Shown here piece after piece: positions 48,053 through 59,000 of a stretch of DNA of 64,000 nucleotides. Each line of letters begins with the position of its first letter. The first letter of the stretch is position 1. The notes beneath the pieces were generated by a model. It was not told the origin of the DNA, did no database searches, and saw only the letters and a list, made by a program, of their open reading frames with translations. Source of the DNA: Candidatus Azobacteroides sp. (GTDB lineage: Bacteria; Bacteroidota; Bacteroidia; Bacteroidales; Azobacteroidaceae); contig WRFZ01000180.1 of assembly GCA_009778655.1 (NCBI GenBank), positions 7,495 through 71,494 on the forward strand. The letters run 5' to 3'. A program made the translations under genes and the position numbers.

Positions 48053-51000
48053 ATGCAGAACAAAGGAGTTATAACAGTCTTCGCAGTATTGCTAACCTTA
48101 GTTTGTATATTTTATCTGTCGTTTACATTTGCGACAAATCCCTATTACAAAAAGGCTAAAGAATATGCGGGCGACGATCAAATGAAAGAGAGTCAGTATC
48201 TGGACTCGTTAGCAACAGAAAAAATATGGCTGGGTTATACCTTGAAAAAAAGCCGTGAGATGGAGTTAAATTTAGGCCTTGATTTGAAAGGCGGAATGAG
48301 TGTAATTATGGAACTCAACGTAGCCGATGTGCTTAAATCGCTGGCGAATCATAATCCCGACCCGACTTTCAATCAAGCGTTGGCGAATGCGAGTGAACGC
48401 CAATTAAAAAGCAGTAACGATTATATTTCTCTATTCACGGAAGAATATCACAAATTGGATCCGGGCGCAAGGTTATCCGCCATTTTCAGTACCTTTGAAC
48501 TGAAAGATAAAATTACTCCTCAAAGCTCCGATGCACAAGTAGAAACCGTTTTACGCACGGAATTAAAAAGCGCTATTGACAATTCATTCAATGTACTTCG
48601 GACACGTATTGACCTCTTTGGAGTGGTCGCTCCGAATATCCAACGATTAGAAACCGAAGGACGTATTTCCATCGAGCTTCCGGGTATTAAGGAAAAAGAA
48701 CGTGTTCGCGCCTTGTTACAGGGGAGCGCTAACCTCGAATTTTGGGAAACATTCGACGAAAAAGATATTCATCAAGCTCTATTAGCCGCTAATACAATTA
48801 TTCGTGATTCACTTGCAAGAGTGCAAGAAGAAGCCGATTCTCACGAAACGACGAAGGCAACCGCCGAAAAAACGCCGGCAACAACTGCCAAACCGGCCGA
48901 CACGCAACAGAAAGTTGAAAAGAGCGTAAAAAACGATACAATTGAAGAAGAACTCGCAAAATTAGAAAAAAGCGATTCCTCTTTACAGTCGCAAGAAGAT
49001 ACAACCGATAATAATATGCCGGAAGGTTCCAACGAAGCTCTTGAAGCTTACAAAAAGAATTTTCCTTTATTTTCTTTATTACGTATGGATCCGAACCAAT
49101 CCCATGCGGGACCGCTTATCGGTAGCGTCAGCAAACGGGACCGAGAGCTGGTTGATAAATATTTAAATATGCAATCGGTACAAGAAGCGCTTCCTAATCA
49201 ATTAGTTATAAGATGGGGTGTAAAACCTTCGGGACCAAAGGAAGATATGTATGAACTGTATGCATTGAAATCAAGTACCCGCGACGGCCGTCCGGCGTTG
49301 GAAGGCGATGTGGTAACTTCAGCCAGTGACGAATTCAGCCAAAGTTCCCCGTATGCCGAAGTGAGCATGTCAATGAATTCCGAAGGCGCTAAAAAATGGG
49401 CGCGCTTGACAAAAGAAAATATAGGAAAAAGCGTAGCGATTGTATTGGACAATATGGTTTACTCCGCACCTACAGTAAACAGTGAAATTCCCAACGGACG
49501 CTCTCAAATCACGGGGCGCTTTACGCCGGAAGATGCCAAAGACTTGGCAAACGTATTGAAATCCGGTAAAATGTCGGCTCCGGCTCGAATCGTTCAAGAA
49601 GATGTAATCGGCCCTTCTTTGGGACAAGAATCCATCAATAAAGGATTTATTTCGTTCCTGTTCGCTATGGTCGTTCTGATGAGTTACTTAATCGTAGTAT
49701 ATGGTTTAAAACCCGGTTTGATTGCCGACGGCGCTTTGCTGCTCAATTTATTTTTCACAATAGGGGTATTGGCTTCTTTCCATGCCGTTCTAACCCTTTC
49801 CGGTATTGCCGGTATCGTATTGGCTTTGGCGATAGCGGTTGATGCCAATGTGTTAATTTATGAACGTATTAAAGAAGAGATTCGCGGAGGTAAAAAAGTA
49901 AAGAACGCTGTTGAAGAAGGTTATAAAAAAGCTTTTTCCGCTATTTTCGACTCTAACTTGACGTCCATTATCACCGGCGTTATTTTGTTTTTCTTCGGAA
50001 CGGGTCCGATTCGAGGATTTGCCACCACCTTGATCATCGGTATTGCCATATCATTCTTCACCGCCGTATTCTTAACCCGTGTCATCTACGAAAGCTTTAT
50101 GGAAAAAGGAAAGCTGTTGAATTTGACTTTCATGACTCCATTGACGAAGAATTTCTTGGTAAATCCGAAATATAATCTGATGAGAAACAGAAGATTAATA
50201 TATATCGTCAATATTTCAATCGTGGTTATCTGTCTGCTTGCTTTATTTTTACGCGGATTAAATCAGGGGATTGACTTCACGGGAGGGCGAAACTATATTG
50301 TTCGCTTCGACCAACCGATAAATACGGCAGACGCACAAGAAATGTTGGAACCTCTTTTCGAGAATCACACGCCGAGCGTAATCACCATTGAATCCTCCAA
50401 TCAAGTGCGTATTTCGACGAACTATAAAATTGCGGACAATTCGGAAGGAGTGGATGCGGAAATAATCGGAAAAATGTATGAAGGACTGAAGCCGCTGTTG
50501 CCGGAAGGAACAACTGCTCAACAATTCAGCGGAAAATATATTTTGAGTTCTCAAAAAGTAGGACCGAGTATCGCCGAAGACATCAAAACAGGCGCTTATT
50601 TTGCGGTTGTTTTTGCCGTATTGGCTATCGGCGCTTATATTTTGCTCCGGTTCCGCGATGTTTCTTACAGTGTAGGCTCTATTGTCGCACTATCCGGTGA
50701 TACACTCTTTATCATAGGAGTTTATGCGATTCTATGGGGACGTGTACCTTTCTCTCTTGAAATTGACCAGACGTTTATCGGCGCCATACTGACTGTAATC
50801 GGATATTCTATCAACGATAAGGTGGTTATTTTCGACCGTGTACGCGAATATTCACACTTGTATCCCAAACGAGATAAATACGAACTGTTCAATGAGGCGT
50901 TAAATTCTACGTTGGACCGAACGTTCAATACAAGTATGAGTACATTCCTTGTGATGGTTATTATCTTCCTCTTTGCGGGAGAATCTATTCGAAGCTTTTC

Positions 51001-51112
51001 GTTTGCCATGTTGCTCGGCGTATTTGTCGGGACTTTCTCCTCATTATTTACGGCCGCTCCGATTGCATACGAAATTCAAAAAAGGAAACAATTAAAAAAA
51101 GAATTGAAATAA
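48053..51112 (+). CDS. secDF: Protein translocase subunit SecDF
   Basis: LGLDLKGG, AVDANVLIYERI, GIDFTGG and GYSIND.VVIFDR; TATCTTTG promoter at 47993. Confidence 0.97.
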   Translation: MQNKGVITVFAVLLTLVCIFYLSFTFATNPYYKKAKEYAGDDQMKESQYLDSLATEKIWLGYTLKKSREMELNLGLDLKGGMSVIMELNVADVLKSLANHNPDPTFNQALANASERQLKSSNDYISLFTEEYHKLDPGARLSAIFSTFELKDKITPQSSDAQVETVLRTELKSAIDNSFNVLRTRIDLFGVVAPNIQRLETEGRISIELPGIKEKERVRALLQGSANLEFWETFDEKDIHQALLAANTIIRDSLARVQEEADSHETTKATAEKTPATTAKPADTQQKVEKSVKNDTIEEELAKLEKSDSSLQSQEDTTDNNMPEGSNEALEAYKKNFPLFSLLRMDPNQSHAGPLIGSVSKRDRELVDKYLNMQSVQEALPNQLVIRWGVKPSGPKEDMYELYALKSSTRDGRPALEGDVVTSASDEFSQSSPYAEVSMSMNSEGAKKWARLTKENIGKSVAIVLDNMVYSAPTVNSEIPNGRSQITGRFTPEDAKDLANVLKSGKMSAPARIVQEDVIGPSLGQESINKGFISFLFAMVVLMSYLIVVYGLKPGLIADGALLLNLFFTIGVLASFHAVLTLSGIAGIVLALAIAVDANVLIYERIKEEIRGGKKVKNAVEEGYKKAFSAIFDSNLTSIITGVILFFFGTGPIRGFATTLIIGIAISFFTAVFLTRVIYESFMEKGKLLNLTFMTPLTKNFLVNPKYNLMRNRRLIYIVNISIVVICLLALFLRGLNQGIDFTGGRNYIVRFDQPINTADAQEMLEPLFENHTPSVITIESSNQVRISTNYKIADNSEGVDAEIIGKMYEGLKPLLPEGTTAQQFSGKYILSSQKVGPSIAEDIKTGAYFAVVFAVLAIGAYILLRFRDVSYSVGSIVALSGDTLFIIGVYAILWGRVPFSLEIDQTFIGAILTVIGYSINDKVVIFDRVREYSHLYPKRDKYELFNEALNSTLDRTFNTSMSTFLVMVIIFLFAGESIRSFSFAMLLGVFVGTFSSLFTAAPIAYEIQKRKQLKKELK

Positions 51113-51149
51113 AAATTACGAGTAACAAGTAATTGATTATGATAATTTT

Positions 51150-51177
51150 ACGGGTGAGCCTTGAAAGGTTCGCCCGT
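51150..51177 (+). terminator. Hairpin after secDF
   Basis: ACGGGTGAGCC...GGTTCGCCCGT with a weak T-tract. Confidence 0.6.
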
Positions 51178-51391
51178 ATGCGTTTCAACGGTCTGAAATG
51201 TTTGAAATATTCCTCAACTTCCCCCACTCTATGCCATTTTGTCTGTTAATACAAGTTTAAGAAACCCGATTGTTGGTTAATTTTTTATAAATATATTCGT
51301 AGAATTGCATAAAACAAAATTTTGTACGTTATTTGCAGTAATTTATTAATTGAAATATTGTTTTACTATAAATTAATTTTGAAAATAACGT

Positions 51392-52909
51392 ATGAAAACA
51401 TTGAAATTAGTATGCGGCTTTGTGTTGGTAAGCCTATTGAGCGCTATTGTCGCTATTGGAACTTACTCTTATCTTAACGGGAAAAATGGAAATAATCCTT
51501 TCAACTTTTCATCGGATCAACAGGGGTTTCGCACGGTAGGATATGCAACTCCTGCCGAAAATACGGATTTTACATACGCCGCCGAACAATCGGTAAATGC
51601 TGTCGTACATATTAAATCGGTTACAAAACCCTCTGAAAGAAGCAGAAGCAACAGAGGCTACATCAATCCTTTCGATTTTTTCTTCGGGGGAGATGATTAT
51701 TCTTTTCAACCTTATCAAAGACGTCCCAGAGTAGGATTCGGTTCCGGAGTGATTATTTCTTCCGACGGATACATCGTAACCAATAATCACGTCATTGAGG
51801 GAGCCGATGAGATTGAAGTTAAAACTAACGACGACAAGGTTTATACGGCTAAAATAATCGGAAGCGATAACATAACCGATGTGGCCCTGTTGAAAATTGA
51901 AGGAAAAGATTTTCATGCTTTGCCTTTCGGTGATTCCGACGTATTAAAAGTAGGCGAATGGGTTTTAGCCGTCGGAAATCCTTTCAACTTGACGTCAACC
52001 GTTACCGCCGGTATTGTCAGCGCAAAAGGGCGCGGAGACATTGCTTACGATAACACGGGAGATAACGGAGCCAAAATCCAATCGTATATTCAAACAGACG
52101 CTGCCGTAAATCCGGGAAACAGCGGAGGAGCGCTCGTAAACACCAAAGGTGAATTAATCGGCATCAATGCGGCGATTTATACCGAAACGGGAAGCTTTAT
52201 GGGTTATTCGTTTGCTATTCCCATTAATATCGTAAAAAAAATAGTTACGGACATCAAACAATACGGAATCGTACAACGAGCTATATTGGGAATAAAATAC
52301 AATGAATTATCCGATTTAAAAGAAATAGATTCGGCCACATACAATAAATTAAAAGTAAACGAAGGAGTATATGTTGCCGATTTTCCTATTAATAGCACTT
52401 CTCAAAAAGCCGGAATCCAAGTAGGAGATGTCGTAACAGCTATTAACGGGACAAAAATAAAAAACGGCCAAGACTTGAGAGCGCAATTAAGTCAATACAG
52501 CCCCGGAAACAAAGTGGATGTACAAATTTACCGGGGAGATGCCGTAAAAACCTATACGGTTGAATTGAAAAATGACCAAGGGACAACCGAAATCGTCAAA
52601 CAAAAATTACCCAAAGATATTTTAGGAGCTACGCTCAAAGAATTATCCGATGAAGTAAAAACTCGTTTAGGTATCAGCTACGGCGTAGAAGTAACCGAAT
52701 TGGGAAACGGAAAATTGAAATCGGCCGGAATCAGAAACGGATTTATCATTTTAACGGCCAATGACACTCGGATTTCTTCGCAGGAAGATATGGAAGACGT
52801 TGTTGCAACCATTTTGAAAAAAGATGCGGACGACAGAGGACTTTATATTAAGGGATTTTATCCGAATACCCGAAGAATTGAATACACGGCCATTGATCTC
52901 AATGACTAA
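51392..52909 (+). CDS. degP: HtrA/DegP serine protease with two PDZ domains
   Basis: GSGVI, TNNHV, TDVALLK and TDAAVNPGNSGG. Confidence 0.95.
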   Translation: MKTLKLVCGFVLVSLLSAIVAIGTYSYLNGKNGNNPFNFSSDQQGFRTVGYATPAENTDFTYAAEQSVNAVVHIKSVTKPSERSRSNRGYINPFDFFFGGDDYSFQPYQRRPRVGFGSGVIISSDGYIVTNNHVIEGADEIEVKTNDDKVYTAKIIGSDNITDVALLKIEGKDFHALPFGDSDVLKVGEWVLAVGNPFNLTSTVTAGIVSAKGRGDIAYDNTGDNGAKIQSYIQTDAAVNPGNSGGALVNTKGELIGINAAIYTETGSFMGYSFAIPINIVKKIVTDIKQYGIVQRAILGIKYNELSDLKEIDSATYNKLKVNEGVYVADFPINSTSQKAGIQVGDVVTAINGTKIKNGQDLRAQLSQYSPGNKVDVQIYRGDAVKTYTVELKNDQGTTEIVKQKLPKDILGATLKELSDEVKTRLGISYGVEVTELGNGKLKSAGIRNGFIILTANDTRISSQEDMEDVVATILKKDADDRGLYIKGFYPNTRRIEYTAIDLND

Positions 52910-53024
52910 AGCGTATCACTAAATAAAAATAAAATATGTTAAAAGCAACAGAATCGTTTTGTTTTTACGGAAAAAATGTATATTTTTGCAGGTTTTTATG
53001 TTTTTTCATAGTAAACTTTATTGA

Positions 53025-53885
53025 ATGAGGCAATTAAAAATCACCAAATCAATCACTAATCGCGAAAGCGCATCACTGGACAAATATCTTCAAGAGATTG
53101 GTCGTGAAGATTTGATTACAGTGGAAGAAGAAGTGGAATTAGCGCAAGCTATTAAACGCGGTGACCGGGCTGCTCTGGAAAAATTAACGCGCGCAAATCT
53201 TCGTTTTGTGGTTTCGGTGGCAAAACAGTATCAGAATCAAGGATTAAGTCTTCCGGATTTGATTAATGAAGGCAATCTCGGACTGATAAAAGCTGCCGAA
53301 AAGTTTGACGAAACGCGCGGATTTAAATTTATTTCCTACGCAGTGTGGTGGATTCGGCAATCCATCTTGCAAGCATTAGCCGAACAATCAAGGATTGTAC
53401 GCTTACCTTTGAATCAAGTGGGTTCTCTGAATAAGATTACCAAAGCTTTTTCAAAATTCGAGCAAGAACACGAACGCCGTCCGTCACCCGAAGAATTAGC
53501 AAATGAATTGGACATTCAAGTTGACAAGATTTCGGACACGCTTAAAGTTTCGGGACGACACATTTCGGTGGATGCTCCGTTCGTGGAAGGCGAAGACAAC
53601 AGCTTGTTGGATGTACTGATCAATGAAGATGCTCCGGCTGCCGATCGTTATTTGATAAACGAATCGCTGTCCAAGGAGATCAATCGTGCTTTGTCCACTT
53701 TAAGCGACCGGGAAAGAGACATTATTAAAATGTTTTTCGGAATCGGTTCGCAAGAAATGACGCTGGAAGAAATCGGTGATAAATTTGGTTTAACGCGGGA
53801 GCGGGTAAGACAAATTAAAGAAAAGGCAATCAGAAGATTGAAAACAAGTAACAAAAATGACTTGTTAAAAAGCTATTTAGGGTAA
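53025..53885 (+). CDS. rpoD: Primary sigma factor (short Bacteroidetes RpoD/SigA)
   Basis: [37 protein letters not shown] and TRERVRQI. Confidence 0.97.
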   Translation: MRQLKITKSITNRESASLDKYLQEIGREDLITVEEEVELAQAIKRGDRAALEKLTRANLRFVVSVAKQYQNQGLSLPDLINEGNLGLIKAAEKFDETRGFKFISYAVWWIRQSILQALAEQSRIVRLPLNQVGSLNKITKAFSKFEQEHERRPSPEELANELDIQVDKISDTLKVSGRHISVDAPFVEGEDNSLLDVLINEDAPAADRYLINESLSKEINRALSTLSDRERDIIKMFFGIGSQEMTLEEIGDKFGLTRERVRQIKEKAIRRLKTSNKNDLLKSYLG

Positions 53886-53897
53886 AAAACCCGAAAA

Positions 53898-54632
53898 TCA
53901 TTGAGAGGAGGCGATTGGAGCGGGAATAAACTGCCGACGCCTCCTATTTTTTATCATTTCTTCAAGTAATCGAAGCAGAAACGCATTTTGTTCCGCAATA
54001 GTCATATCCGAATTATCCAAAACCACAGCATCCGGCGCTTTTCGCAAAGGCCCGTCTTTTCGTGTGGAATCAATCAAATCACGTTTTTCTATATTTTTCA
54101 AGACTTCGTCGAAACTGACGGTTTCGCCTTTTGCAATCAATTCATCCAAGCGACGTTGCGCACGTACTTCCGGACGAGCGGTAACAAACAGTTTCAGTTC
54201 GGCATCGGGAAAAACAACCGTTCCTATATCCCTTCCGTCCATGACAATACCTTTATCTTTCCCCATCGCCTGCTGCTGTTTTACCATCGCTTCCCGTATA
54301 AATCCGACAGCGGCTACCGGACTCACTTTGTCGGCAACTTCCATGCTGCGAATCGGTTTCTCTACATTTTCTCCGTTCAGATACGTATCGGAATTACCTG
54401 TTTTTTCGTTCAGTTCAAAAGAAATATGAATATCGCCGATTGATTGTTTTATCGCTTCGATATTCAAAGTATCATCGTTAAAAAATCCTTTTTCCAAACA
54501 ATACAAAGTAACGGCGCGATACATAGCGCCGCTGTCAATATACCGATAATGCAGGGTTTTAGCTAACTCTTTAGCCATTGTACTTTTACCGCAAGACGAA
54601 TGTCCGTCAATTGCTATAAGAATCTTTTTCAT
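53898..54632 (-). CDS. cmk: Cytidylate kinase
   Basis: IAIDG.SSCGKST, DSGAMYR and [13 protein letters not shown]. Confidence 0.97.
   Translation of the reverse strand: MKKILIAIDGHSSCGKSTMAKELAKTLHYRYIDSGAMYRAVTLYCLEKGFFNDDTLNIEAIKQSIGDIHISFELNEKTGNSDTYLNGENVEKPIRSMEVADKVSPVAAVGFIREAMVKQQQAMGKDKGIVMDGRDIGTVVFPDAELKLFVTARPEVRAQRRLDELIAKGETVSFDEVLKNIEKRDLIDSTRKDGPLRKAPDAVVLDNSDMTIAEQNAFLLRLLEEMIKNRRRRQFIPAPIASSQ
53906..53945. repeat. Inverted repeat at the rpoD/cmk junction
   Basis: AGGAGGCG...CGCCTCCT, overlapping the cmk 3' extension. Confidence 0.6.
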
Positions 54633-54635
54633 AAA

Positions 54636-55619
54636 CTACAATTTCATTTCAGCCAAAGACGTGGAAATGTTTAACATAAAAGAAGTTGCGGAAGGATGGT
54701 ATTTCCCTACGGAGCAGCCGAAAGCAAACGCTTTCACTCTCAATCCGGCGCCGACGCTGAATCCGCTCAATTTGTTTCCATCACTTAAACGCAGGTCGGC
54801 CGCTCGTCTCGTATTGTATCCAACGCCGGCCCAAAAATTGTCCGAGAGAAGAAATTCCACGCCGAATACAAAATGTTTTAATAAATTGGTTACAAAAGCG
54901 TTTTTTTCTCCTTGCAGATTATAGAATTGCCACCGATTCAAGTTTGCAGCCGTTATGGAATAACGAATAGGCGCGTGCGTTAATCTTTGACTGATTCCGA
55001 ATTGAATTTCCCAAGGCAGACCGGCCAATTCCGTTTCATATGCTTTGATTTGTCGTCCCAGATTTTTCCCCGTTAATCCGAGGGATAAATTTTTCTCCGA
55101 ATTATAATAACTCAAACCTAAATCAACTCCCAATCCGATGGCTGTATTGGATGCATAATCAGAATAAATGAATTTAGCTGTGACCCCTCCTCGTATTCTT
55201 TCCGTTAAATCACGGGAAAAAAAGAGGTTTCCGCAAATATCGGAAGCATTCAAATCTCCCAAAATCGCCTTTTCTTCCGTTGTTTCCGACATTTTACCGT
55301 AATTGGAATAAATAACCCCGATTCCCCAAGCGCTTCTTTCTCCTAAAGCTTTGGCAAATGCAATATTACCCATCTTGATGTCGGCAATGTAAGACAAATA
55401 CCCGGCCGAAAACGATAAATCCATTTCTTGTCCCAAAAAAGCCGGATTTTGATAGACCAACGACAAATCATTTTCCACAACTGAAACATTGGTTCCGCCT
55501 AAAGCAGCAGCCCGAACGGAAGTAGGCAGTTGCAAAAAATCGAAACCGGACTTTCCTTCTTGAGCCAAAAGCTGGAAAGCACATAATAATGAGAGATATA
55601 GCGTTATTAATTTTCGCAT
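54636..55619 (-). CDS. porQ: Type IX secretion system protein PorQ
   Basis: F.FL.LP.S.RAAALGG.NVS, NPA.L and H.P.R.S.T; lies next to cmk as in other Bacteroidales. Confidence 0.85.
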   Translation of the reverse strand: MRKLITLYLSLLCAFQLLAQEGKSGFDFLQLPTSVRAAALGGTNVSVVENDLSLVYQNPAFLGQEMDLSFSAGYLSYIADIKMGNIAFAKALGERSAWGIGVIYSNYGKMSETTEEKAILGDLNASDICGNLFFSRDLTERIRGGVTAKFIYSDYASNTAIGLGVDLGLSYYNSEKNLSLGLTGKNLGRQIKAYETELAGLPWEIQFGISQRLTHAPIRYSITAANLNRWQFYNLQGEKNAFVTNLLKHFVFGVEFLLSDNFWAGVGYNTRRAADLRLSDGNKLSGFSVGAGLRVKAFAFGCSVGKYHPSATSFMLNISTSLAEMKL

Positions 55620-55712
55620 GTATTTAAAACTATATACAAATATAGAAGATTTTCACTATATTACAAACGCAAGAGAAGATAAAAAAGTATCTTTGCACCA
55701 TGAATTAAATCA

Positions 55713-56417
55713 ATGGAAATAAAAAAAACACCGGAAGCCGATTTGGAAAAAGGAAGAATTACTTTCTTTCTGATGGGATTTGCCGTTGCTTTGTCCGGTT
55801 TTTTTGTGTTATTGGAATGGCAAAGCTCCGAAACCGACACTTCCGATTGGGAAACTTTAGGCCCGGTTTTTATTGAAAATGAATTTGAAGGGGGAATTAA
55901 AACAGAAGAATCCGAATCCGGTTCGATTGCTCCACCGGAAATTTCCAAACCGGAAATCGTTTACGAAGATTATGTTATAGCCGATGATGTTCCTGTCGTT
56001 AAGGAAGATACGGCAATTGCGTTTTCACATTCGAAATCGGATGAAAAACCGATTACTCCCGTCAAAAATGAAACTGTTATTCCAAATGAAACCGATACAG
56101 ATACGGTTACCGCCGCTTCGACAGAAGTCCTGCCTCAGTTTCCGGGAGGACAAACCGCATTGATTCGATTTATTTATGAAAACATTCGATATCCTTCGAC
56201 CGCACTGAAACAACGAATCGAAGGACGAGTGTGGTGTTCTTTTATCGTCGAACCGGATGGTTCCGTTTCGAATGTTCAATTGGAAAAAGGAGTATATATT
56301 TTCTTGGACGAAGAAGCCGTTCGAGTTTTAAAAAATATGCCGGCTTGGATACCCGGTCGGACAAAAGGAGAAAATGTTGCGATAAAAGTATATATTCCCA
56401 TTGTTTTTAAGCGTTAA
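55713..56417 (+). CDS. tonB: Energy transducer TonB
   Basis: MEIKKTPEADLE, a TM helix and PQFPGG...YP..A....IEGRV; TATCTTTG promoter at 55688. Confidence 0.92.
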   Translation: MEIKKTPEADLEKGRITFFLMGFAVALSGFFVLLEWQSSETDTSDWETLGPVFIENEFEGGIKTEESESGSIAPPEISKPEIVYEDYVIADDVPVVKEDTAIAFSHSKSDEKPITPVKNETVIPNETDTDTVTAASTEVLPQFPGGQTALIRFIYENIRYPSTALKQRIEGRVWCSFIVEPDGSVSNVQLEKGVYIFLDEEAVRVLKNMPAWIPGRTKGENVAIKVYIPIVFKR

Positions 56418-56475
56418 ATTTTTTTTATCAAAAAATTTTTTTTACTTTTGGAAGTGAAAAAACAACAATTGTATA

Positions 56476-57444
56476 ATGACTCTTTCGGATGCGCTGATAA
56501 TTATTAATAAGGAGATTCAATCCATTGAATATCCGAAAAATCCCGCCGGATTGTACAGCCCGATAGCCTATTTGCTTACATTAAAAGGGAAAAAAATTCG
56601 GCCGGCATTAACGCTTTTAGCTTGTAATTTATTTTGCAACGAAGTGAAAGAAGCAATCCCGACAGCATTGGCATGGGAAATTTTTCATAATTTTACGCTT
56701 ATGCACGATGATGTGATGGATAAAGCCGATTTGCGAAGAGGACAAGCCACCGTTCATAAAAAATGGAATGAAAATACCGCTATCTTATCCGGTGATACGA
56801 TGTTGATTCTTTCCTACAAATATTTGGCAAAATCTCCTTCACGCTGTTTAGAAATATTATTGGATTTATTTTCCGATACGGCAGCCAAAATTTGCGAAGG
56901 ACAGCAATTTGATATGGAATATGAGAAACGAACAATGATTTCGGAAAAAGAATATATTGAAATGATTCGACTGAAAACAGCCGTTATGATGGGAGCTTGT
57001 CTCAAAAGCGGAGCAATAGTCGGAGGAGCGAACGAAAGCGATCAACAAAACCTGTACGATTTCGGTATCCGGTTGGGCATCGCTTTTCAAATCAAAGACG
57101 ATTGGTTGGATGTTTACGGTGATTCCAACACTTTCGGGAAAAAAACGGGAGGCGATATTCTTTGTAACAAAAAAACGTTTTTATTAGTAACCGCGTTAGA
57201 AACAGCAACCGGAAAAGATAAAGAAGCCTTACTTTATTGGCTGAACAACAATATACAATCGGATGAAAAAATAGAAGCGGTTCGACAACTTTATGACAAA
57301 TTGTCCGTAAAGGAGAAAACGCAAAAAGCGTTACAAAATTATCATCAACAATCAATCAATGCGTTACAAAAAGTTTCCGCAGATCCGGCCGGAAAAAAAA
57401 TACTGGCAGATATTGCGGGAGGTTTGGTTGAACGAGAATTTTAA
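56476..57444 (+). CDS. ispA: Polyprenyl (FPP/GGPP) synthase
   Basis: GKKIRP, HDDVMD..LRRG, GQQFD, LKTA and FQIKDD.LD. Confidence 0.9.
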   Translation: MTLSDALIIINKEIQSIEYPKNPAGLYSPIAYLLTLKGKKIRPALTLLACNLFCNEVKEAIPTALAWEIFHNFTLMHDDVMDKADLRRGQATVHKKWNENTAILSGDTMLILSYKYLAKSPSRCLEILLDLFSDTAAKICEGQQFDMEYEKRTMISEKEYIEMIRLKTAVMMGACLKSGAIVGGANESDQQNLYDFGIRLGIAFQIKDDWLDVYGDSNTFGKKTGGDILCNKKTFLLVTALETATGKDKEALLYWLNNNIQSDEKIEAVRQLYDKLSVKEKTQKALQNYHQQSINALQKVSADPAGKKILADIAGGLVEREF

Positions 57445-57449
57445 AAACA

Positions 57450-58163
57450 ATGGAAAAAATGTCGGCTAAAAAATTACCGGAAACGGATGAAGAAAGAATA
57501 GATATTCTTCGAGCAGCTGCAGCTCAAGAAGAAATAAATGAATCGTGGGATAAAATTCTTTCAATACTTGAATTACAAGAATTACGCGTATTCACAACAA
57601 CATATGAAGGAGCTTATTTTGTTTTGAATCAAGCAATAACAGATAGAACTAAAGCTAAAAGTCAATACGAAGATTTATTCAAAAATGCTCAATTGTATAT
57701 TTCTCACTTTATTCAAGTCTTATTTCTGACCGTGATTCGGAATGAGATTCGGGCCGAAAGTTTGGTTTTATACGGTTTTCCGGAAAATAATCCGGTACTG
57801 CCGGACTTATCCACCGAAGAAGCGATTTTGAAATGGGGTGAAAATCTGATACGCGGCGAAGCGGAGCGAACTTCCCGAACCGGAATCCCTCTGTATAATC
57901 CGGCAATAGCTAAAGTAAAAGTTCATTACGAATTATTCAAAGACTCGATTCAAAGTTTGGCTATTTATGAAAAGAACTTGTCCCGTTTGCAAAACAACAT
58001 GGAAGAGCTTCGCAGAAAAGCCAATGAATTTATTTGGGATATATGGACTAAAGTTGAAGAACGGTACAGCAGAACGTCCCCCGATGAACAAGCGGTGCGG
58101 TTCAAAGCATATAAAATGCAATTTTACTACCGAAGAGGCGAGCAATTGAATGTATTTGATTGA
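57450..58163 (+). CDS. Helical hypothetical protein
   Basis: LYISHFIQV, GIPLYNPAIAKVKVHY and IWTKVE segments; sits in the ispA-tatD operon. Confidence 0.78.
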   Translation: MEKMSAKKLPETDEERIDILRAAAAQEEINESWDKILSILELQELRVFTTTYEGAYFVLNQAITDRTKAKSQYEDLFKNAQLYISHFIQVLFLTVIRNEIRAESLVLYGFPENNPVLPDLSTEEAILKWGENLIRGEAERTSRTGIPLYNPAIAKVKVHYELFKDSIQSLAIYEKNLSRLQNNMEELRRKANEFIWDIWTKVEERYSRTSPDEQAVRFKAYKMQFYYRRGEQLNVFD

Positions 58164-58957
58164 TAATGTATCTGATAGATAGTCACACACACCTGTTTTC
58201 GGAAGAATTTGATTCGGATAGGGATTTCGTTATACAACGAGCAATAGAAGCGGGAATCCGGTTATTTTGTCTTCCTAATATTGATACAGAATCCGTCGAA
58301 CGCTTGCATCAAGTATCCGATCAATATTCCGCGTGCTGTTTTCCCATGATGGGTTTGCATCCCACAAGTGTGAAAGCGCATTATCAACACGATTTGGAAG
58401 TGATAAAAACCGAATTGAACAAACGAGAATACATTGCCATCGGCGAAATCGGATTGGATTTGTATTGGGATCAAACATTTCTCAATGAACAAATTCACGT
58501 TTTCGAAGAGCAATTACGATGGAGTATTGACCGCGATTTACCGGTCGTTATTCATACGCGGGAAGCGTTTCCTCAGGTTTTCGAAAGTTTATATAAAGTG
58601 GGAATTGAGCGATTGCGCGGCGTTTTTCACAGCTTCGGAGGCACACGAGAAGAATTAGAAGAAATCGTACTTTGTAAAAATTTTATGATTGGAATTAACG
58701 GTGTAATTACCTATAAAAAAGCAAATTTTCGCGATTATTTGCCGATGTTTCCTTTGGAGCGAATTGTTTTGGAGACCGATTCACCCTACCTCTCCCCTAC
58801 TCCTTTCCGAGGAAAAAGAAACGAACCGGCTTATTTGTTGCATACAGCTGCAAAATTAGCGGAAGTTTATAATCTTCCCATCGAAAAAATTGCAGAAGTA
58901 ACAACCGAAAATGCCCGGCGGTTATTTTTCCGTAGAGGCCTTCACAACGATACATAA
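58160..58957 (+). CDS. tatD: TatD-family DNase
   Basis: DSHTH, GLHP, GEIGLD, IHTR and LETDSPYL. Confidence 0.95.
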   Translation: MIMYLIDSHTHLFSEEFDSDRDFVIQRAIEAGIRLFCLPNIDTESVERLHQVSDQYSACCFPMMGLHPTSVKAHYQHDLEVIKTELNKREYIAIGEIGLDLYWDQTFLNEQIHVFEEQLRWSIDRDLPVVIHTREAFPQVFESLYKVGIERLRGVFHSFGGTREELEEIVLCKNFMIGINGVITYKKANFRDYLPMFPLERIVLETDSPYLSPTPFRGKRNEPAYLLHTAAKLAEVYNLPIEKIAEVTTENARRLFFRRGLHNDT

Positions 58958-59000
58958 AAAAATAATAAATATAAATGCAAAAATAAATTAAAGAATAATT

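Noticed and set aside
48820-49060. Low-complexity T/A/K/E insert in SecDF
   Set aside because: Variable linkers in the periplasmic domain are ordinary for Bacteroidetes SecDF; no intein motifs
58931-58955. CGTAGAG.. at the tatD end as a GTAG-type REP
   Set aside because: No complementary arm and no RAYT transposase
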